From an uncultured Alphaproteobacteria bacterium (lineage in GTDB: Bacteria; Pseudomonadota; Alphaproteobacteria; HIMB59; GCA-002718135): DNA of 46,569 nt. Shown piece by piece: positions 41,762-46,569 of this stretch. A program made the position numbers and the translations under genes. Each line of letters begins with the position of its first letter. Positions within the stretch are counted from its first letter, which is position 1. The notes beneath the pieces are model-generated. The model was not told the DNA's origin. It worked only from the letters and a program-made list of their open reading frames with translations, and did not search any database. The stretch spans positions 1 to 46,569 of the forward strand of contig CACAVG010000001.1 of assembly GCA_902535885.1 (NCBI GenBank). Reading direction: 5' to 3'.

Positions 41762-42387
41762 ACTCTAATAAATTCTTTTAGTAAGTTTAATCCTTGGGAG
41801 GAACTTTTTTCAGGATGAAACTGCACGCCATATATATTTTCTTTTCCAACAATTGAAGCAAAATTTGTTCCGTACTTAGTTTCTGCCAAAATATTGTGTT
41901 TATCTGCACAATCGAAATAATAAGAGTGAACGAAGTAATAATCGTTTTTAGTTGAGATTAGGTTATTATATTTCGAATTTGTTGGTATTACCAAGTTCCA
42001 CCCCATATGAGGAAGTTTTAAATTATCTTCAGGTAATAATTTAATTTGACCTTCTATCCAACCTAAGCCTTCATGATCTCCATTTTCTTCACTTATATTA
42101 GCTAACATTTGCATACCAACACAAATACCTAAAAATGGTTTCTTTTTTATTAATGCAAATTCACAAAGTTCATCTATCAAGCCATCAGTTTTTTTTAAAC
42201 CATTCATACATGTAGAAAAGGCTCCTTGGCCAGGCAAAACAACATGGGTTGAATCTTTTACATCGTTTAGTTTTTTTGAAATTAAAACATCAACCTCAAT
42301 ATTATTGTCTTTTGCTATTTTAACAAAAGATTTTTGAGCAGACAAAACATTGCCTGAGCCGTAATCGACAATAGTGATCTTTTTCAT
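41758..42387 (-). CDS. hisH: Imidazole glycerol phosphate synthase, glutaminase subunit
   Basis: 209 aa. Motifs VDYGSGN, GICVGMQML and VQFHPEKS are present. Confidence 0.9.
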   Translation of the reverse strand: MKKITIVDYGSGNVLSAQKSFVKIAKDNNIEVDVLISKKLNDVKDSTHVVLPGQGAFSTCMNGLKKTDGLIDELCEFALIKKKPFLGICVGMQMLANISEENGDHEGLGWIEGQIKLLPEDNLKLPHMGWNLVIPTNSKYNNLISTKNDYYFVHSYYFDCADKHNILAETKYGTNFASIVGKENIYGVQFHPEKSSSQGLNLLKEFIRV

Positions 42388-42393
42388 TAATAA

Positions 42394-42981
42394 TTAAAGA
42401 ATACCTTTTGATGATGGTATAATGTCTTTTCTTCTTTTATCTATTTCGACAGCAAATCTTAAACTTTTAGCAAAGGCTTTAAAGCACGATTCAATGATAT
42501 GGTGATTGTTTTTTCCATATAGGTTTTCAATATGTAAATTACATTTAGATTCATTTGAAAAGGCTTTAAAAAATTCATGGAATAACTCTGTGTCCATTTC
42601 ACCAATTTTTTTTAAACCAAGATTAACATTCCACACAAGCTCAGGTCTTCCACTTAAATCAATAACACATCTCGATAAGCATTCATCCATCGGAACATAT
42701 GAGAAGCCATATCTATTAATTCCTTTTTTATCATCTAGTGCTTTGTTTATAGCTAAAGCAATTGCGTAAGCAGTATCTTCAACTGAATGGTGAAGATCAA
42801 CATTAGTGTCTCCTTCACATTTTAAATCTATATCTATCAAGCTGTGGTGAGATAATAATTCCAGCATATGATTAAAAAAACCGATTTGTGTTGAAATATT
42901 AGATTGTCCAGCACCATCTAATTTAATTTCACAACTTATCCTGGTTTCTTTAGTGATTCTCTCAACTTTACCTTTTCGCAT
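42394..42981 (-). CDS. hisB: Imidazoleglycerol-phosphate dehydratase (monofunctional)
   Basis: 195 aa. Motifs RETKET, GFFNHML, HHSVEDTAYA and NNHHIIES are present. Confidence 0.95.
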   Translation of the reverse strand: MRKGKVERITKETRISCEIKLDGAGQSNISTQIGFFNHMLELLSHHSLIDIDLKCEGDTNVDLHHSVEDTAYAIALAINKALDDKKGINRYGFSYVPMDECLSRCVIDLSGRPELVWNVNLGLKKIGEMDTELFHEFFKAFSNESKCNLHIENLYGKNNHHIIESCFKAFAKSLRFAVEIDKRRKDIIPSSKGIL

Positions 42982-43062
42982 TTTTGCCTAATATCAGTGA
43001 AATATGATTTATTCTAGGCAAATTACTTGATAAAAATAATTAAATAGCCATCTTATCAATAA

Positions 43063-43611
43063 ATGGAAAAAAATATTATCAAATCAACAACTATAGTAGG
43101 AATCAGAAAAGATAATCTTGTCGTTATTGCGGGTGATGGTCAAGCTAGTCTTGGTAATACCGTAATGAAATCAAATGTAAAAAAAATTAGAAGGCTTGGT
43201 GCCGATGAAACTGTTATATCTGGTTTTGCAGGATCTACTGCAGATGCATTTGCTTTATTTGAAAGATTAGAGGGAAAATTAGATCAATATAAGAACCAAC
43301 TTAAAAGAGCTTGTGTAGAATTAGCTAAAGATTGGAGAACAGATAGGTATCTAAGAAGATTAGAAGCAATGATGATTGTTGCTGATAAGGATGTAAGTTT
43401 GTTGTTATCTGGTACTGGTGATGTAATTGAGTCTGACGATGGAATACTTGCAATAGGTTCTGGAGGTCCATACGCAAATAGTGCTGCTAAAGCATTGATG
43501 AAAAACACAAAAATGGATGCAAAAGAAATTGCTCTAGAATCACTAAATATAGCTGCAGATATTTGTATTTATACAAACCATAATATTATTTCAGAAACTA
43601 TTGAGCTTTAG
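43063..43611 (+). CDS. hslV: ATP-dependent protease subunit HslV
   Basis: 182 aa. It has the TTIVG N-terminus (catalytic Thr after Met removal/processing) and the motifs [12 protein letters not shown] and GSGG.YA. Confidence 0.95.
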   Translation: MEKNIIKSTTIVGIRKDNLVVIAGDGQASLGNTVMKSNVKKIRRLGADETVISGFAGSTADAFALFERLEGKLDQYKNQLKRACVELAKDWRTDRYLRRLEAMMIVADKDVSLLLSGTGDVIESDDGILAIGSGGPYANSAAKALMKNTKMDAKEIALESLNIAADICIYTNHNIISETIEL

Positions 43612-43612
43612 A

Positions 43613-44926
43613 ATGGAATCTAGTTTTAGCCCAAGAGAAATTGTTTCTGAATTAGATAAATTTATCATTGGTCAGAACAAAGCAAAAAGGGCTGTTGCAG
43701 TTGCCTTAAGAAATAGATGGAGAAGAAAACAACTTGATGATTCTTTAAAAGAGGAAATTGTACCAAAAAACATTTTGATGGTTGGTCCAACAGGTTGCGG
43801 TAAAACAGAAATATCAAGGAGGCTTGCTAAGTTAGCAAACGCACCTTTTGTAAAAGTTGAAGCTACTAAGTTTACAGAAGTTGGATATGTTGGAAGAGAT
43901 GTTGAGCAAATAATAAGAGATCTAGTTGAAATAAGTATTACAAAAACAAAAATACAAATGGGCCAAGAAGTAAAGGCAAAAGCAGAAAAAAATGCAGAAG
44001 AAAGAATTTTAGATGTTTTGGTTTCTAAAAGCTCAACACCAGCTACTCGAGATAATTTTAGGAAGAAACTAAGATCAGGTGAACTAAATGATAATGAGGT
44101 TGAAATTCCAGTTTCAGCTAATGCAAATTTAAGTTTACCAACTATGGATATACCTGGCATGCCTGGTTCTCAAATGGGTATGATTAATTTAGGTGATGTA
44201 TTTGGAAAAGGTTTTGGTAATCAAAAGAAAATGAAAAAAATGAGTGTCAAAGATTCTCATGCATATTTGTTAAATGAGGAAACCGATAAGCTTTTAGATA
44301 AAGATAAAATAAATTCAAGAGCGTTAGATGATGTAGAACAAAATGGTATCGTTTTTATAGATGAAATAGATAAAATTACTTCTAGAGCCGATAGAACTGG
44401 TGCGGACGTATCAAGAGAGGGTGTTCAAAGAGACTTATTACCATTAATAGAAGGCACCGCGGTTACTACAAAATATGGTGTTGTAAAAACAGATTATATT
44501 TTGTTCATTGCATCAGGTGCATTTCATTTATCAAAACCATCCGACATGCTTCCTGAGCTTCAAGGTAGATTGCCTATAAGAGTCGAGCTTGATAGCCTTA
44601 GTAAAAAAGATTTTAAACTTATTCTCACAGAAACACAAAATAGTTTGATTAAGCAGTATCAAGGACTTCTTGGAACAGAGAAGGTTGATTTAAAATTTGA
44701 AGAAGATGGAATTGATACCATCGCTTCTCTATCTACAGAGATAAATCAGAACGTAGAAAATATAGGGGCCAGAAGGCTCCATACTGTAATGGAAAAACTA
44801 CTTGAAGAGGTTAGTTATACAGCCTCAGATATAGGCCCTACAGAAATAATAATTAATAAAGAATACGTAGAAAATAGCTTGGGAGAACTTATTAAAAGTC
44901 AGGACTTATCAAAGTTTATATTGTAA
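43613..44926 (+). CDS. hslU: ATP-dependent protease ATPase subunit HslU
   Basis: Motifs [15 protein letters not shown], Walker [10 protein letters not shown], Walker B VFIDEIDK and the sensor/arginine-finger region are present. The track ORF starts at a TTG at 43601 inside hslV. The ATG at 43613, just after the hslV stop, is more likely. Confidence 0.95.
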   Translation: MESSFSPREIVSELDKFIIGQNKAKRAVAVALRNRWRRKQLDDSLKEEIVPKNILMVGPTGCGKTEISRRLAKLANAPFVKVEATKFTEVGYVGRDVEQIIRDLVEISITKTKIQMGQEVKAKAEKNAEERILDVLVSKSSTPATRDNFRKKLRSGELNDNEVEIPVSANANLSLPTMDIPGMPGSQMGMINLGDVFGKGFGNQKKMKKMSVKDSHAYLLNEETDKLLDKDKINSRALDDVEQNGIVFIDEIDKITSRADRTGADVSREGVQRDLLPLIEGTAVTTKYGVVKTDYILFIASGAFHLSKPSDMLPELQGRLPIRVELDSLSKKDFKLILTETQNSLIKQYQGLLGTEKVDLKFEEDGIDTIASLSTEINQNVENIGARRLHTVMEKLLEEVSYTASDIGPTEIIINKEYVENSLGELIKSQDLSKFIL

Positions 44927-44955
44927 AGCTCATTTAATTTTTTAATAGTTGTAAA

Positions 44956-46290
44956 ATGAGTATTTTTAAAACCATCAAATTTGAATTACTTATTTTAGCA
45001 TTAATTACATTAAGTATTTTTGCTACTTTTAATTTAGATCTTTTTTTTTATAGTTATTTTATAAACTTAAGTGAGTGGGTAAATGGAGTTTTTCTAAAAG
45101 AATTTTTTTCAGAAATAACAAAACTTGGCAGTTCCTCTTGGTATTTTTCTATTACAATAATAGGTTTTGTTATTTTTTATATAAATAAAAAACTTCAAAT
45201 CATAAAAACTAAATCAGTAAAAAATCTTTCTAATTTTTTTATTTCATCTTTTGTTTATATTTTGACAGTAGGGATAATTACTCAAATTATGAAACACGTG
45301 GTGGGAAGGCCTAGACCAAATCATACTAATTTTGAAGACGTTTTTGGTTTTCAATATTTTACCATGGAGTCAAATTTTCATTCTTTTCCCTCTGGACACT
45401 CTTCTACAATATTTATCGTTTGCTTTATTTTGGTTTCTGTTCTTCCAAAATTAAAATATTTTTTTTATTTTTTAGCTTCAATTGTTGCCTTTAGTCGAGT
45501 TATTGTGAGTGCACATTTTTTTACAGATATTGTTGCTGGAGCAATCTTAGCTTTAATATTATTTAAAGTTTTAAATAAATTAATAGAAAATAAATATAAT
45601 AAATTAAAATTATCAAATTTAATTCCTGAAAAAAATTCTGAGATTTTTTATTATATTCTAATTTTATTTTTTTGTTGTGTGTTTGTGACTGCCGGCCCAT
45701 CCTTAGATTTATATGTATCGTCTTTGTTTTATAAGGGGGAATCACAATTTGAATTACAAAGTTTTGATTTAACTTCAATATTGTTTCGAGATATTTTATT
45801 ACCACTGATACTTATTTATATTTTAATTTTACCAATAGTTGGAAGATTCTTTAAAATTGATAAAATTTTTTTTAATTATAAATTTTCTATTAAGGAAATA
45901 GTTTTATTGTGGATTTCTCAAATTATAGGTGTTTTAATTTTTGTTAATCTTATACTAAAAAATTTTTGGAGTAGGGCAAGACCAAACGATGTAGTTGAAT
46001 TGGGTGGCAAAGAATCTTTTTCCCCATGGTTTGAAATAAGAAATGTTTGCGAAACAAATTGCTCCTTTGTTTCAGGTGATGCCTCTGTTGGGTTTTCAAT
46101 GATAATTATATATTTAATCACAAAAAATATAATTTTCCTCTATGCAAGCTTTGTTGGCGGTTTTGTATTTGGCTTGATTAGAATAATGGCTGGCGGCCAT
46201 TTTTTAAGTGACATTTTTTTTGCTGGCTTTTTTATTGTAATTATAAATATAATTTTATTTGAATTGTATAAAAAATATTATGTTAAATAA
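44956..46290 (+). CDS. Polytopic membrane protein with two tandem PAP2 (type 2 phosphatidic-acid-phosphatase) domains
   Basis: 444 aa. Domain 1 has the complete motifs KHVVGRPRP / PSGHS / SRVIVSAHFFTD. Domain 2 has KNFWSRARP / VSGDAS (the motif-2 His is replaced by Asp) / IRIMAGGHFLSD. Confidence 0.7.
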   Translation: MSIFKTIKFELLILALITLSIFATFNLDLFFYSYFINLSEWVNGVFLKEFFSEITKLGSSSWYFSITIIGFVIFYINKKLQIIKTKSVKNLSNFFISSFVYILTVGIITQIMKHVVGRPRPNHTNFEDVFGFQYFTMESNFHSFPSGHSSTIFIVCFILVSVLPKLKYFFYFLASIVAFSRVIVSAHFFTDIVAGAILALILFKVLNKLIENKYNKLKLSNLIPEKNSEIFYYILILFFCCVFVTAGPSLDLYVSSLFYKGESQFELQSFDLTSILFRDILLPLILIYILILPIVGRFFKIDKIFFNYKFSIKEIVLLWISQIIGVLIFVNLILKNFWSRARPNDVVELGGKESFSPWFEIRNVCETNCSFVSGDASVGFSMIIIYLITKNIIFLYASFVGGFVFGLIRIMAGGHFLSDIFFAGFFIVIINIILFELYKKYYVK

Positions 46291-46569
46291 AATTTTATTG
46301 CCATCATTTATTTTTTTACTTTTATTAAAAATTGGTGCCCTGAACTTTACTACCTTTAATTTGTTTGGTGATGAAGCACAGTATTGGTTATGGTCAAAAG
46401 ATATTGACTTAGGTTATTTTTCGAAACCCCCTTTTTTGTCCTGGATAATAAGAGTTTATACAGAAATATTAGGCAGTAGTTTTGTTTCATTAAAGCTTCT
46501 CCCATCGTTTGTTTATTTATTGATTTCCTGGAGTATTTATAATCTTTTAATTAACGTTGGATTAAACAA
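46280..46569 (+). CDS. ArnT/PMT-like (GT39/GT83) lipid-carrier-dependent glycosyltransferase. N-terminal 96 codons only; the gene continues past the window end.
   Basis: Not in the ORF track because there is no stop inside the window. Manual translation from the ATG at 46280 gives MLNKILLPSFIFLLLLKIGALNFTTFNLFGDEAQYWLWSKDIDLGYFSKPPFLSWIIRVY.... GDEAQYW...GYFSKPP is the characteristic first-loop motif. It overlaps the PAP2 gene end by 11 nt. Confidence 0.6.
   Translation, partial: MLNKILLPSFIFLLLLKIGALNFTTFNLFGDEAQYWLWSKDIDLGYFSKPPFLSWIIRVYTEILGSSFVSLKLLPSFVYLLISWSIYNLLINVGLN

Noticed and set aside
43026-43056. Possible sigma-32 promoter for hslVU (CTTGAT-N16-CCATCTTAT)
   Set aside because: The spacer is longer than the consensus range, the -10 match is poor, and the element would end only 6 nt before the ATG. 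This is too weak to call.
43672-44160. 162-aa ORF antisense to hslU. Similar antisense ORFs occur in rsmI (37980..38426), the BON gene (38456..38845), deoA (1164..1817, three ORFs), dnaK (31544..33247, three ORFs), pyc (27627..27992, 27731..27988, 25225..25407) and elsewhere.
   Set aside because: All lie inside well-supported genes on the opposite strand or in another frame. They have low-complexity, shadow-frame compositions and no motifs, so I treat them as non-coding.

Overview
This is a 46.6-kb, very AT-rich and extremely gene-dense chromosomal segment. It holds about 53 protein genes. Most are separated by fewer than 30 nt or overlap by 1-38 nt. TAATG and ATGA stop/start overlaps are frequent, and several convergent gene pairs overlap at their 3' ends. 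The protein sequences and gene order look alphaproteobacterial: hrcA-grpE divergent from rph-rdgB, a hisB-hisH-x-hisA-hisF-hisE operon divergent from hslVU, and rsmI flanked by LpoA-like and BON-domain lipoproteins. The composition and compaction resemble streamlined marine lineages such as Pelagibacterales (SAR11). I cannot confirm taxonomy without a database search.

Gene content, in window order:
- A nucleoside-catabolism operon headed by a DUF1800/DUF1501 pair (DUF1800, DUF1501, cdd, PNP, deoA, O-methyltransferase).
- A divergent TrpF-like gene.
- A compact pabB-pabA-pabC-folP-folB-folK operon.
- A long plus-strand run: DUF2141, cysS, thrS, hemB, hisI, ribA, cupin, katG.
- A BMP-family nucleoside-type ABC importer plus upp.
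- Pyruvate carboxylase, dapB, dnaJ, dnaK, grpE, hrcA, rph, rdgB.
- The LpoA-like / rsmI / BON-lipoprotein cluster, then HIT and the his operon with an embedded GNAT gene.
- hslVU, a tandem double-PAP2 phosphatase and the start of an ArnT/GT39-like glycosyltransferase.

I saw no rRNA, tRNA, CRISPR, transposase, integrase or phage genes.

I do not see a clear-cut new multi-gene system such as a defence island. The observations most worth follow-up are:
1. Four genes (DUF1501, folP, pabC, hisI) are each interrupted by one extra base in an A/T homopolymer. All four need the same one-base correction.
2. The function-unknown DUF1800 plus Tat-exported DUF1501 pair is translationally coupled and appears co-transcribed with cdd, PNP and deoA.
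3. A divergent TrpF-like gene abuts a folate operon that lacks folE and folQ, and a stand-alone ribA lies nearby. This recalls the TrpF+RibA bypass described in Chlamydia.
4. A fused double-PAP2 phosphatase sits next to an ArnT-like glycosyltransferase.
5. katG is present in an otherwise streamlined context.

All product calls come from motif and family recognition by eye. No searches were run.
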